The notes below the pieces were generated by a model. The model worked only from the letters and a program-made list of their open reading frames with translations. It was not told the origin of the DNA and ran no database searches. Source: Malacoraja senta (Eukaryota). Taken from it: DNA of 64,000 nt. A program made the translations under genes and the position numbers. Of this stretch, positions 49,259-62,530 are shown in pieces. Numbering within the stretch: position 1 is the first letter of the stretch; each line of letters begins with the position of its first letter. The DNA is taken from the NCBI GenBank assembly GCA_038087875.1, contig CM075999.1, positions 1,118,001 to 1,182,000 of the forward strand, given 5' to 3'.

Positions 49259-50052
49259 TGTCTTACAAGGTAAAAGGATGGACATACTTCACTTCCAAGT
49301 CTCAGCTTCACACCAGGGCCTGTTTCCGCACTGTATCTCTGAACAAAAACTAATAAATTAAATACTGAGCATTTTCTGTTTTAATTCAGATTTCCAGCAT
49401 CTGCAGTTAGCATGACATTTACTGTGTGAGTAGTTTATTTTAAATCATTGCCACACAACATCATCTTCTCTGAAGAAGGGTTTCGGCCCGAAACTTTGCC
49501 TATTTCCTTCGCTCCATAGATGCTGCTGCACCCGCTGAGTTTCTCCAGCATTTTTGTGTACCATCATCTTCTCCATGCTGGAATCGCTATAATGTGGCTG
49601 GCAGATACTGAGTTAGACCAGTGATTAATCTCATGTTTGGAGCCAAGGTCATGCCATGTGACAAGAACCCCTCAGCATCTTTCAGACTTGGTTTCACTCT
49701 TTGCATCTTTGAGATCAGTCCTGTTACCACATAACTACGCTGAGGTCATATCACTGCCAATCTCAATCCAATCCACTAAATAAAGTGGACAAGCACTGGC
49801 TGTGATAATGTAAAGCCAGGTTTCAGTGTGCATTATAAGAATGGTGCTCAGTAACCACAGGGGATATCGATAGGCTAAGTGGATGGGCAGGAACATGGAA
49901 GATGGAATATGCGGAAAGTGCAAGGCCATCAGCTTTGGTAGAAAACATGTAAAAGGCGCAGCATTTTTTAAATAGTGAATGATTGAAAGATGTTGATGCT
50001 CAATGATACCTGGTCCCCTTGTACACAAATTACTGAAAAATAACACAGGTAA

Positions 50053-50366
50053 CACAGTGGCGCAGCGGTAGAGTTGCTGTCTTACAGCGTCAGAGACCTG
50101 GGTTCAATCCTGACCACAGGCGCTGTCTGTACGGAGTTTGTACGTTCTCCCCATGACCTGCGTGGTTATTCTCCAGGTGCTCCGGTTTCCTCCCACACTC
50201 CAAAGACGACAGGTTTGTAGGTTAATTGGCTTCAGTAAAAACATTTTTTTAATGTCGCTAGTGTGTGTGCAGGATAGTGCTAGTGTGCGGGGATCACTGG
50301 TCGGCACGGACCCGGTGGGCCGAAGGGCCTGTTTCCATGTTGTATCTGTATATTAAACTAAACTAA
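50053..50366 (+). mobile_element. HE1-like SINE
   Basis: A/B boxes, tail. Confidence 0.85.
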
Positions 50367-51494
50367 GATGCAGGAATAGCTTTATTCTATCAAGAGAATT
50401 AGACTACGACACCATAGATATCTAGTTCCAATTTTATGAGCCTTGGAATATAATGCAGGTATTCTCCCTGTCTAATAAAGACTATTTTTGCAGGCGCATA
50501 TACGCACCATATCGATTCCTGAATGACACATTTGTCCTAAGTGGAGATATGTAGCAGCCTTGAGCTTGGAGAATAAATGGTGTTCTCCTTGAATTGTATT
50601 GCATTTCTATGTGGATTGACGATGCTGATGTGGAATTGATGTTTCTATGGCTAAAACCAGGGACAGTGTCAAAATAAGGGATCAGTTCACTCACTGAGTA
50701 TATTCAAGGCATAGAGATGGACTTTGGGGCATTGAGAGATAAGAGGTTATTGCCAAAAAATTGGAACTGAGATAAAAGATTAGCCATAACTTTCCCGACC
50801 CGAAATGTCATCATAAGGTCATGTGATAGGAGTAGAATTAGGCCATTCGGCCCATCAAGTCTACTCTGCCATTCAATCATAGCTGATCTATCTCACCCTC
50901 CTAACCCCATTCTCCTGCCTTCTGCCCATAACCTCTGACATCCATACTAATCAAGAATCTATCTATCTCTGCCTCAAAAATATCCACTGACTTGGCCTCT
51001 ACAGCCTTCTGTGGCAAGGAATTCCACAGATTCACCACCCTCTGACTATAGACACCCACCGTCTGAACCACTGCCTGGCCCACTGAGTTCCTCCAGCACT
51101 TTGTCTTTTGCTCAAGATTTAAATGATGCTGGCGTAGTGCTGCTGCCTCACAGCATTGGTGACCCGGGTTCGGTCCTGACTATGGGTGCTGTCTATGTGG
51201 AGTTTGCATGTTCACCCTGTGACCATGTGAGTTTTTTTCAGGTGCTCCGGTTCCCCCCACGTTCCAAAGACATGCAGGTATGTAGGTTAATTGACTTCTG
51301 TAAATTGCCACTGTAGGATGCAAAAGTGGGATCATGTAGGACTAGTGTATGGGTGATCAACATTCAGTGTGGACTCAGTGGGCCGAAGGGCTTTTTTCCC
51401 CGGTTGTATCTTTAAACTAAATGAAACTAAACTAATTCCAATTTAAGTAGGAAGGAACTGCAGATGCTGGTTTATACCGAAGATGCAGGAGTAA

Positions 51495-52046
51495 AGGGGC
51501 TGTCCCACTACGGCGACCTAATTGGCGAGTTTAGAAGAGTTTAGGAGAGTTTGAAAAAATGTCATGTTGAAGACCTCCTTTGACTATGTAGAAGACCTCC
51601 TTCAACCTCCTTCGACAATGTTGAAGACCAGCTTCGACTAGCTTTGGGAAAATTGGACACTAAATAGTGGAGTGAAGACAACCTCCTTTGATCTTCTTCA
51701 TCCTCCCTTCGACCTCTCTTCGACTATGTTGAAGACTATCTACGACTACCTTCGACTACCCTCGATTACCTTCGAATAACATGCCGACCATCTACGACCT
51801 ACTTCGACTAAACCTACGAGTAAAAAAAGTATTGATTTTTTTCCATGGCGACCTTTTTTTACTCGGAGGCATGTTGAAATATACGCCGCGACCTAGCTGA
51901 GGCCTCGAGTACGCGGGGACTACTCTCGAGCATGAAGGAGAGTTACGAAGACCTCCTAGGACCACGTGTAGACCATGCTGCGAGTATGAGTCGAGGACAA
52001 ACTCGCCAGAACTCGCGGATTAGGTCGCCGCAGTGGGACAACTCCT
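51495..52046. mobile_element. PIF/Harbinger-type MITE with internal TTCGAC-rich repeats
   Basis: TIRs AGGGGCTGTCCCACTACGGCGACCTAAT / ATTAGGTCGCCGCAGTGGGACAACTCCT; TAA TSD within the Penelope-like repeat GGAG-TAA-CTCAGC. Confidence 0.85.
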
Positions 52047-52792
52047 TAACTCAGCGGGTCAGGCAGCATCTCGTGAAGAAGGTTTCCGACCCGAAATGTC
52101 ACCTAATTCCTTTTCTTCAGAGATGCTGCCTGACCCGCTGAGTTACTCCAGCATTTTGTGTCTACTGCTCCATTCTCAAAATCTCATTAGCGAACTTAAA
52201 AATATGACATTTGGCGCCTTTACCCAAATCATGAATGTAGATTGTGGAAAGCTGAGCCACAGTCCCCATTCCTTGCGGCATCCAACTGCTCACAATCTGC
52301 CAACCGTGACAACAACTCATTAAATTCTCATGCTGCTTTCTGTCTGATAAGTGATTCTCAATCCACGTTAATATGACCCGAAACGTCGCTCATTCCTTCT
52401 CTCCAGAGATGCTGCTTGTCCCGCTGAGTTACTCCAACACTTTGAGTCTATCCTCATGCTCTAACTTTGTTGAATCTTGTGTAGCCATAACCTTATTTAG
52501 TTTCGTTTAGAGTTACAGCAGGGAAACATGCCCTTCGGCCCACCGAGTCCGCACCAACCCGCGATCCCCGCGCACTAACACAAGCCTACACACACTAGGG
52601 ACAATTTACATTTATACCAAGTATACAAACCCAAGCTAATTATCCTACAAACATGTACGTCTTTGGAGTGTGGGAGGAAACTGAAGATCTCGGAGAAAAC
52701 CCATGTGGTCACGAGGAGAACGTACAAACTCTGTACGGACAGTACCCGTAGTCGGGATCGAACCCGGGTCTCTGGTGCTGCAAACGCTGTGA

Positions 52793-53109
52793 TGGGCATG
52801 TCCCACTTAGGCGATTTTTTAGGCAACTACAGGCGACTAGTTTGTCACCACATGTTCACCGGTGGTCGCCGGGAGTCGCGCAAAAGGTCGTAGCGTCTTT
52901 CTGGTCGCCGCTAAATTTTCAACATGTTGAAATTTTTTTGCCGACAGTGGGTTTTGACGCCAATGAGCGTAGCTTGACTTCTGCTGACGTAGGTGCTGTC
53001 GTAGGTTGTCGCCAGGATGACGTCGGTTGTCGCCGGTTTCTCAGCGACCTGTTACGACTATGACAGTCGCCGGCAGTTGCCTAAAAAATCGGCAAGTGGT
53101 ACAGGCCCA
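52793..53109. mobile_element. PIF/Harbinger-type MITE inside a minus-strand HE1-like SINE (52496-53167)
   Basis: TGGGCATGTCCCACTTAGGCGATTTTTTAGGCAACT / AGTTGCCTAAAAAATCGGCAAGTGGTACAGGCCCA; TGA/TAA flanks; a related half element is at ~1058-1112. Confidence 0.8.
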
Positions 53110-53695
53110 TAAGGCAGCAACTCTACCGCTGTGCCACCGTGCTGCCCACTGCGCCACCCTGCCGCCCAATGGTGAAGCTGGCGTACGGAGCGAAAGACCC
53201 ACTCCTGCATCTTTCTCCATGTCCTTACGCTCATGTTTGCAACAACAGTATCAGATAGCTCGGACGTAGAAAGTAGTGACACTCCACCATACTGCGACCT
53301 TCACTGTCAACATGTATCTTGCTCAGCCTCACACAACCATGTGAAGGGTTAAAGCTTATCGTCTGTAAAGGGAAGAGCATGTGCTTCAAATCTTGACAGC
53401 TCTTTTAAAACATGAGCAATTAGAGCACTTAAAGAATTAAATTACTTTTGCATTAATTGGGCACATTAATAATGATTAACTAATGGACTTAGGTTGCAGA
53501 GATGTCAGCAGAAAGGTAACCGTCACTGTGGGATTGTTTCTTGCTGTATTTTGAATGGTGCCTTGGGATAAGGACATGCAAATGAGAGCGTAGTCATGGT
53601 CTCAAGTTTTATCCGAAAGATATCGACAGTGAATGGTTTTGCTTCCTCAATTCTACACCCAGGTTTTAGTCTGGATTATGTGATCAAATCTATGG

Positions 53696-54008
53696 AGGCA
53701 CGTTGGCGCAGCGGTAGAGTTGCTGCCTTACAGCGCCAGAGAACCGGGTTTGATTCTGATCACGGGTGCTGTCTGTACGAAGTTTGTATGTTCCCCCTGT
53801 GAACACGTGGGATATTTCCCCGTGCTCCAGTTTCCTCCGACACTCCAAAATCGTACAGGTTTGTAGGTTAATGGGCTTGGTAAATTGTAAAATTGTCCCA
53901 AGGGGTAGGAATGTGTTAATATGCGGGGGTTGCTGGTCAGCGGGGACTCAGAGGGCCGAAGGGCCTGTTTCCGCGCCGTATCTCAATACTAAACTAAACT
54001 AAACTAAA
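53696..54008 (+). mobile_element. HE1-like SINE
   Basis: A/B boxes, tail. Confidence 0.8.
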
Positions 54009-54382
54009 AAAAATGGCCTGAGCCCACACATTTCTGACTCAATTTTCATGCAGAAATCCCAATGGGATGGGAATACAGGAGAAAAGATAAAGGGAATCTG
54101 TGATTAAACTTCAATCGATACAAAAAACGTACCTGCCAAACAAAAAGGGAAAACTTGTCAATTATTTTCTTGAGAAGTAATTTGGCACTTTTAAGGAAAA
54201 CAAGTACAGATGGTGTAAACATTATCAAGTTACACACACCTTATGTTCACTGAACCATGTGCCAAAGCCTTCTGTTCTCAATGTAATTATTTGTCTACCA
54301 CCGCAGATGGATTCATTGCAGACATCAATGGTTAACATTGAAGAGGTTTTTCTCTGCCATGTTGGAAAGTTACTGCAACATA

Positions 54383-55992
54383 CAGTGGCTTGCAAAAGTA
54401 TTCATACCCCTTGAACTTTTCCACATTTTGTCACGGTACAACCACAAACGTAAATGTATTTTATTGGGATTTTATGTGATAGACCAACACAAAGTGGTGC
54501 ATAATTGTGAAGTGGAAGGAAAATGATACATGGTTTTCAAATTTTTTTACAAATAAAAAACTGAAACGTGTCGCGTGCAAAAGTATTCAGCCCCCTTTAC
54601 TCTGATACCCCTAAATAAAATCCAGTGCAACCAATTGCCTTCAAAAGTCACCTAATTAGTAAATAGAGTCCACTTGTGTGTAATCTAATCTCAGTATAAA
54701 TACAGCTGTTCTGTGAAGGCCTTAGAGGTTTGTTAGAGAACATTAGTGAACAAACAGCATCATGAAGCCCAAGGAACACACCAGACAGGTCAGGGATAAA
54801 GTTGTGGAGAAGTTTAAAGCAGGGTTAGGTTATAAAAAAATATCCCAAGCTTTGAACATCTCACTGTTCAATCCATCATCCGAAAATGGAAAGAGTATGG
54901 CACAACTGCAAACCTACCAAGACATGGCCGTCCACCTAAACTGACAGGCCGGGCAAGGAGAGCATTGATCAGAGAAGCAGCCAAGAGGCCCATGGTAACT
55001 CTGGAGGAGCTGCAGAGATCCACAGCTCAGGTGGGAGAATCTGTCCACAGGACAACTATTAGTCGTGCACTCCACAAATCGGGCCTTTATGGAAGAGTGG
55101 CAAGAAGAAAGCCATTGTTGAAAAAAAGCCATAAGAAGTCCCGTTTGCAGTTTGCCACAAGCCATGTGGGGGACACAGCAAACATGTGGAGGAAGGTGCT
55201 CTGGTCAGATGAGACCAAAATTGAAGTTTTTGGCCTAAATGCAAAACGCTATGTGTGGCGGAAACCTAACACTGCACATCACCCTGAACACACCATCCCC
55301 ACTTTGAAACATGGTGGTGGCAGCATCATGCTGTGGGGATGCTTTTCTTCAGCAGGGACAGGGAAGCTGGTCAGAGTTGATGGGAAGATGGATGGAGCCA
55401 GATACAGGGCAATCTTGGAAGAAAACCTGTTAGAGTCTGCAAAAGACTTGAGACCGGGGCGGAGGTTCACCTTCCAGCAGGACAACGACCCTAAACATAC
55501 AGCCAGAGCTACAATGGAATGGTTTAGATCAAAGCATATTCATGTGTTAGAATGGCCCAGTCAAAGTCCAGACCTAAATCTAATTGAGAATCTCTGGCAA
55601 GACTTGAAAATTGTTGTTCACAGACGCTCTCCATCCAATCTGACTGAGCTTGAGCTATTTTGCAAAGAAGAATGGGCAAAACTTTCAGTCTCTAGATGTG
55701 CAAAGCTGGTAGAGACATACCCCAAAAGACTTGCAGTTGTAATTGCAGCGAAAGGTGGTTCTACAAAGTATTGACTCAGGGGGGCTGAATACTTTTGCAC
55801 GCGACACTTTTCAGTTTTTTATTTGTAAAAAAATTTGAAAACCATGTATCATTTTCCTTCCACTTCACAATTATGCACCACTTTGTGTTGGTCTATCACA
55901 TAAAATCCCAATAAAATACATTTACGTTTGTGGTTGTAACGTGACAAAATGTGGAAAAGTTCAAGGGGTATGAAAACTTTTGCAAGCCACTG
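54383..55992 (+). mobile_element. Tc1 DNA transposon (IR/DR type), full length
   Basis: TA TSD, ~213-bp TIRs starting CAGTGGCTTGCAAAAG, inner DR GTGCAAAAGTATTCAGCCCC. Confidence 0.96.
54762..55774 (+). pseudogene. Tc1 DD34E transposase with a single frameshift near 54862
   Basis: MKPKEHTRQVRDKVVEKF.., GRPPKL in the second frame, WSDETK, QQDNDPKH, SPDLNLIE (34 residues between D and E, counted). Confidence 0.92.
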
Positions 55993-56559
55993 TATGTTTC
56001 TTTCAGAAACCGTCTGTTCTCATAGTCTTCCCATCAAATCCAGAGGACTCCATATTTTCTGCTCCTGTTTATCGTAAACGGTACTCCTTGACCTCCATCC
56101 AAAATGGCTGGTTTATAGATCATAACCTTGATTTGGTCTTCAAATGAAAATAGATCTATCCTATCAAGTTCTATTGATCTCAATTCAATCTTCGAAAATT
56201 AAGGAAATACAATCCAATTTGGAGAGGATGTTTCCATTAGTAGGACCAGAGGCCGTAGCCTCAGATAAAAAGGATGTATCTTTATAAAGGAGTTGAGGAG
56301 GAGTTTCTTTCGTCAGAGGGTGGCGAATCTGTGGAATTCATTGCCATCATATGAAAAATGTGCGACGGAACGATGTTAGATTTATGATGGCTGAACATTT
56401 GCAGGCCAATGATAGACACAAAAAGCTGGAGTAATGCAGTGGGTCAGGCAGCATCTCTGGAGAAAAGGAACAGGTGACTGAGAGTCAGAGGAAAGGGAAA
56501 CGAGAGATATAGAAGGTACATAGAACAAATGAATGAAAGATATGCAAAAAGCAACAATA

Positions 56560-58175
56560 GAAAGTAGGCAATAGGTGCAGGAGTAGGCCATTCGGCCCTT
56601 CGAGCCAGCACCGCCATTCAATGTGATCATGGCTGATCATCCTCAATCAGTACCCCGTTCCTGCCTTCTCCCCGTATCCCCTGACTCCGCTATCTTTAAG
56701 AGCCCTATCTAGCTCTCTTTTGAAGGTATCCAGAGAACCGGCCTCCAGCACCCTCTGAGGCAGAGATTCACAACTCTCTGTGTGAAAAAGTGTTTCCTTG
56801 TCTCCGTTCTCAATGGCTTATCCCTTATTCTTAAACTGTGGCCCCTGGTTCTGGACTCCCCCAACATCGGGAACATGTTTCCTGCCTCTAGCGTGTCCAA
56901 ACCCTTAATAATCTTACATGTTTCAATAAGATTCCCTCTCATCCTTCTAAATTCCAGAGTATACCATCCAACGAAGATCTAGGAAAGGTGGAGCCCCCAA
57001 GTCAGTGGATGCCTTAAAAATATCCACTGCCTTTGCCTCCACAGCCTTCTGTGGCAAAGAATTCCACAGATTCACCACCCTCTGACTAAAGAACGTTCTC
57101 CTCATCTCCTTCCTAAAAAAACGTCCTTTTAATTCTGAGGCTATGGCCTCTAGTCCTAGACTCTCACACTAGTGGGAACACCCTTTCCACATCCACTCTA
57201 TCCAAGCCTTTCACTATTCTTTGTATATTTCAATGAGGTCGCACCTCATTCCTCTAAACTCCAGCGAGTATAGGCTCAGTGCTGACAAACGCTCATCATA
57301 GGTTAACCTACTCATTCCTGGGATTATTCTTGTAAACCTCCTCTGGACCCTCTCCAGAGCCAGCACATCCTTCCTCAGGTACGGTGCCCAAAATTGCCCA
57401 CAATATTCCAAACGTGGCCTTACCAGCGCCTTATAGAGCCTCAGCATTACATCCCTGTTTTGTATACAAACCCTCCTGAAATAAACGCTAGCTTTGAGTT
57501 TACTACTGATTCCGACTTACAGATTAACGTCTTGGGAATCCTGCACCAGCATTCCCAAGTCCCATTGCACCTCTGATTTCTGGAATCTCACCCCATTTAG
57601 AAAATAGCTTACGCCTTTATAGATACATAGATACATAGAAAATAGGTGCAGGAGTAGGCCATTCGGCCCATTCAATATGATCATGGCTGATCATCGAACT
57701 CAGTATCCCGTACCTGCCTTCTCTCCATACCCCCTGATCCCCTTAGCCACAAGGGCCACATCTAACTCCCTCTTAAATATAGCCAACGAATTGGCCTCAA
57801 CTACCCTCTGTGGCAGAGAGTTCCAGAGATTCACCACTCTCTGTGTGAAAAAGTTTTTCCTCATCTCGGTCTTAAAGGATTTCCCCCTTATCCTTAAGCT
57901 TACTTCCTACTACCAAATTGCATGACTCCACACTTTGCTACACTATATTCCATCTGCCATTTCTCTGCCCACTCTCCCAACCTGTCCACGTCCTTCTGCA
58001 GAGTCCCTGCTTTCTCTATACTACCTGCCCTTCGTATCATCCGCAAACTTTTCGTATATTTCTGTATCATGAAACTAACATCGTTCCGTTGCATGTTTTT
58101 CATATGATGATATTTTCGTATCATCCGCAAACTTGGCCACGAAGCCTTCAATCCCCTTGTCCAAATCATTACTAT
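56560..58175 (-). mobile_element. Cluster of nested CR1 fragments
   Basis: LRLYKALVRPRLEYC.QFWAPYL, LQKDVDRLGEWAEKWQMEY..KC; a second CR1 3' end inserted at ~57620-57900. Confidence 0.8.
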
Positions 58176-58538
58176 ACAGCCATTAAGCTTTGATTCTTGT
58201 ACTTGATCCATTCTGGTGCTCTGGGTTCCACCCACATTCCAAAGATATGCAGACTTCTGTATATTGTCACCTAATGTGTAGGTTAGAACTCGTGTATGGG
58301 TGATCGCTAGTCGGTGCGAATTCGGTGGACCGAAGGGCCTACTTCCATGCTGTATCTCTTCATCATCGTTGAAAACATTAGCGATGCAGTGGTGCTGGTT
58401 TCCGACGGGAATGGTGATGGACGCACCACACATCTCTGTCCTCTAGTTCCTGTGGACTTTCGCTGCTGGAAGTATAGGATTTTGGTGTGTGTGCTTTATC
58501 ATCATTCCTTACAATGCTGTGTACGACAGTGATCGCAA

Positions 58539-58746
58539 CTTCTACTGAAGTGTGGATGGCCGTTGGCTCGTGAGAAGCTCATCCGCCCTTTGACAGGTCT
58601 TGTTTTTGGTCCTGCTGGGGGTCCACAACCCCCTCCTCACCTGACAAACCAGGTGAGGGAGACGGTTTAGTCGCCGACTATCCGACCATGGAGCAAGTAG
58701 CACGGGATTACATGTTACCCGTGGCGGGGGGGAACTCCCCCCGACC
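58539..58746 (-). repeat. Unclassified, highly structured GC-rich element (possibly a non-LTR 5' UTR derivative)
   Basis: Four consecutive hairpins and a sharp compositional contrast with the flanks. Confidence 0.35.
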
Positions 58747-58760
58747 TGACCTGTATCTCT

Positions 58761-59070
58761 AGTTTAGTTTATTAGTTACGTTTAGTTTAGTGATACGGAA
58801 ACAGGCCCTTCGGTCAACCGAGTCTGCACCAACCAGCGATCCCCATGCACTTACCCACAAACCTGCACGTCTTTGGAGTGTGGGAGGAAACCAGAGCACC
58901 AGGAAAACCCTGTATGTCTTTGGAGTGCGGAAGAAACCGGAGATCGCGGAGAAACCCACGCAGTCAGAGGGAGGACGTACAAACTCCGTACAGACAAGCA
59001 CCCGCAGTCAGGATCGAACCCGAGTCTCTGCCGCTGTATGGCACCAGCTCTACCGCTGCACCACTGTGCT
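58761..59070 (-). mobile_element. HE1-like SINE with internal duplication
   Basis: A/B boxes, tail; TCTTTGGAGTG block present twice. Confidence 0.8.
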
Positions 59071-60017
59071 CCCTGCTCTAAATGAAACTGTCTGAAGAAG
59101 GGTCTCGAACCGAAACGTCACCCATTCCTTGTCTCCGGAGATGCTGCTTGTCCCGCTGAGTCACTCCAGCTTTTTGCGTCGATCATAAATTTAGCACCAG
59201 TCTGCTCAGCTCCCAGGCTCCAAGTACTTGATGCTGTTTGGGGGCAGATAAGTTAAACAAACCCAAATGCTAGGTAACACGGAAGCTCAAACTCAAATGC
59301 AGAATCGAATTGTGTGCTCCTTTTGGATACGTGCCATAAACCAAATCAACGATCAAACATGGACTTGCAGCCACCTTTGGGAAAGTACAGTGAACACAAA
59401 CAATTATTGTTGTCAACTGAACCAAGAGTGTATGTTTACCCAGTGACTAGCTGAGCCCTGCAGAACATGCCATCAATACAAAATAGCCAGTTAGAAATCC
59501 GACAAGGAATTCAGACAGAATGTATTTACCTAGAAAATCAGGGACTCACTCCCTGAAGGAGTAGAGAGATGAATATCACCAATGCTGTCAAGAAAAATAG
59601 CCTCTAGTGCACTTGAAGGAGAGAGGAATAAAATGCAATGCAGATAAGATTAATTGAATTGTAGATTGAGGCTACAGTATGTGATGCATAAATGATGCCA
59701 AAGCTCTTGGGCTGAATGGTCTGCTTGTGTGCCATGGAGTCTAAATAACTCTATGCAACATTATTCTCCCAGATTCCAGTTTACTGTATCAGTACACTGT
59801 GGACGTCTCGAATGTATTCATGTGCAGTCTTTACCGCTAATAGGTTAACACGCAACAACAGCTTTTCACTGTACCTGGTAAACGTGACAATAAACTAAAC
59901 TGAACAGTTTATGGCCTTTATTAGTCAGGCATTGAATACAAAAGTAGGGAAATTATACTCCAACTCTGGCACAGTGTTATAGTGGTGGAGTTGCTGCCTC
60001 ACAGCGCCAGAGACTTA

Positions 60018-60223
60018 AGTGCCTGTCCCACTTGGGCGTGATTTGCGCATCACGCAGATGGCGTGCGAAGATTTTGTACATCCCAAAATCCTGGGGCGGC
60101 GCGCGTCACTGCCTACGTCACCATGCATCATGCGCGCGTAATGTGCACCATGCGGCGTCGTGCGTCATGACGCGTAAATGATGTAGCGTAAATTACGTGC
60201 AAATGACGCCCAAGTGGAAGTCT
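60018..60223. mobile_element. PIF/Harbinger-type MITE inside an HE1-like SINE (59967-60519)
   Basis: AGTGCCTGTCCCACTTGGGCGTGATTTGC / GCAAATGACGCCCAAGTGG; TTA flanks. Confidence 0.7.
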
Positions 60224-60694
60224 TTACATTCGATCCTGACTACCTGTGCACAGAGCTTGTACGCTCGTACATTCTCCCTGTGACCACGTGGGTTTTCTAT
60301 GGGTGCTCCGGTTGCCTCCCACATTCCAGAGAGGTGCAGGTTTGCTGGATAATTGGCTTCTGTAAATTGCCCGTAGTGAACAGGATGCGAGAGTGGGATA
60401 ACATAGAACTAGTGTACTTGCGATCATTGGTTGGCGTGGATTTGGTCTGTCCAAGGACCTGTTTCCATGCTGTATCTCTAAACTAAATTAAACAAACCTA
60501 AACTAGACCAAACTAAACTGCCCTCAACTGGGACAATGCATGCAGTTCTGGTCACCAAGGTATAAGAGGGATGTAATGGTGCTGGGGAGGGTGCAGAGGA
60601 GATTCACTGGGATGTTGGCTGGGATGGAACCGTTCAGTTATAGGAGAGGTGGAGAAGCTGGGTCGTTTTGCCCTGAGCTGCAGGAGTTTAAGAG

Positions 60695-61030
60695 GATAGA
60701 CACAAAAAGCTGGAGTAACTCAGCGGGACAGGCAGCATCTCTGGAGAGAAGGAATGGGCGACGTTTCTGGTCGAGCCCCTTCTTCAGACCAGTCAGGGGA
60801 AAGGGAAACGAGAGGTATAAACGATGATGTAGATAGATAAAGAACAATGAATGAAAGATATGCAAAAAAGTAACTATAATAAAGAAAGCTTTTTGTGGGG
60901 TGAGAACGAGAAGCTGGTTTGACTTGGGTGGGGGAGGGATGGAGAGAGAAGGAATACCATGGTTACTTGAAGTTAGTGAAATCAATATTCATACAACTGG
61001 GTTGCACAAGCGAAATATGAGATGCTGTAT
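60695..61030 (-). mobile_element. Penelope-like 3' end
   Basis: Terminal repeat plus degenerate endonuclease tail (..HLIF..QP..MNIDF). Confidence 0.6.
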
Positions 61031-61739
61031 CTCCAATTTGCGTTTAGCCTCATAAGAGGAGACAGGTTTGAGGTATATAAACTCATGAGGGTATAGGCGG
61101 ACAGATTGCAGGAAACGTTTCCCGTATCAAAGTTAAATTAGAAGTCATAGGTTTAGGATAAGGGGAAGAAAACACAGAGGGGATTTGAGGGTGATCATCT
61201 TGATCCAGACAGTGGGTAAGCTCTTGGAATGCAGTGCCTGGGAGAATGATCGAAGCTGGCTCACTGATAGCATTTAAGTTTGTTTTGAGATACAGCATGG
61301 AAACTGGCCCTTCGGTCCTTTGGCCCACCAAGTCCACGCCGACCATCGATCACCCATTCACACCAGTTCAATGTTATACCACTATTTTACTCATCCACTC
61401 CTTACACACTAGGGGCAATTTACAGAGGCCAATTTACCTACAAACCCGCACACCTTTGGGATGTGGGAGAAAACCGGAGCACTCGAAGAAAACGCACGCG
61501 GTCACGGGGAGAACGTACCAACTCACACAGACGGAACCCGAGGTTGGGATCGTACCTGGGTCTCCGGTACTGTGCCGCCCATTCAGATGGCCATTTGAGT
61601 CTCTAAGGCATTTAACATTACGGACCAAGTCCATGGATCAAGTGGTGAAGGGGTTAATATAGGACGGTGCCCACTAGTTGCCACTGATGAGTTGGGATGA
61701 ATTCCCTGCTTCCATGCTGTCCAATTCTATGAGTTTATT

Positions 61740-61878
61740 TTTCTTCTTCTTGCGTATGGCGTCCACAGCCTAAAGTTGTCGGCCAACTTGTTCTATTTGG
61801 ATCTTTTGTTTGTGCACGTCGGGTTGATTGCATTGGTGGAAACCGGGTGACCACGTGAAGGTTGCAATCTCCCACCCC
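61740..61878 (-). mobile_element. Short retroposon with HDV-like ribozyme head and (GAA)n tail, copy 3
   Basis: Minus strand GGGGTGG-GA-GATTGCA-ACC-TTCACGT-GGT-CACCCG-GTTTCCA-CCAA-TGCAATC; 12-bp TSD TATGAG(T/A)TTATT abuts G1. Confidence 0.8.
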
Positions 61879-62239
61879 TATGAGATTATTAATGCCTGGA
61901 GCCCATGCGCTCAAATAACATTTTCCATTACAAATGTTATTATTAACTTTAAAATGTGGGCAATACCAACCAAAAGCTATAAACCAGGATGATGGGAATT
62001 GTCTTCCAAATAGTTGGGGAGTGTAATCATGAAGGAGCCATTAGATAGCCGTGGGGAATAAACCTTCTCACCGTTTTCCCTGATGGTGCTCTCTCTACCT
62101 CAGTGGTAATTTTATGGGAACATACAGATTCTAAAAGTGCTTTCATGTTTACTCTAGAGATAATTTAGACATTACACCGGTGACTACATTTCAGAAGTAC
62201 TTCATTAGCTGCATAATGTGAGAGGGTGTCTGGAAGTCC

Positions 62240-62530
62240 TAGTTTTTGCAGATACAGCACGGAAACAGGCCCTTCGGCCCACCGAGTCCCCACCAACCAG
62301 CGATCCCTGCAAACATTCACACTACCCTACACACACTAGGCACAATTGTACATTTATGCCAAGCCAATTAACCTACAAACCTGTACGCCTTTGGAGTGTG
62401 GGAGGAAACCGAAGATCTTGGAGAAAATCCACGCAGGTCACGGAGAGAACTTATAAACTCCGTACAGACGAAAACCTGTAAGTCAGGATCGAACCTGGGT
62501 CTCTGGCCCTGTCAGGCATTATCTCTGCCC
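62240..62530 (-). mobile_element. HE1-like SINE
   Basis: Core and B-box on the minus strand. Confidence 0.75.
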
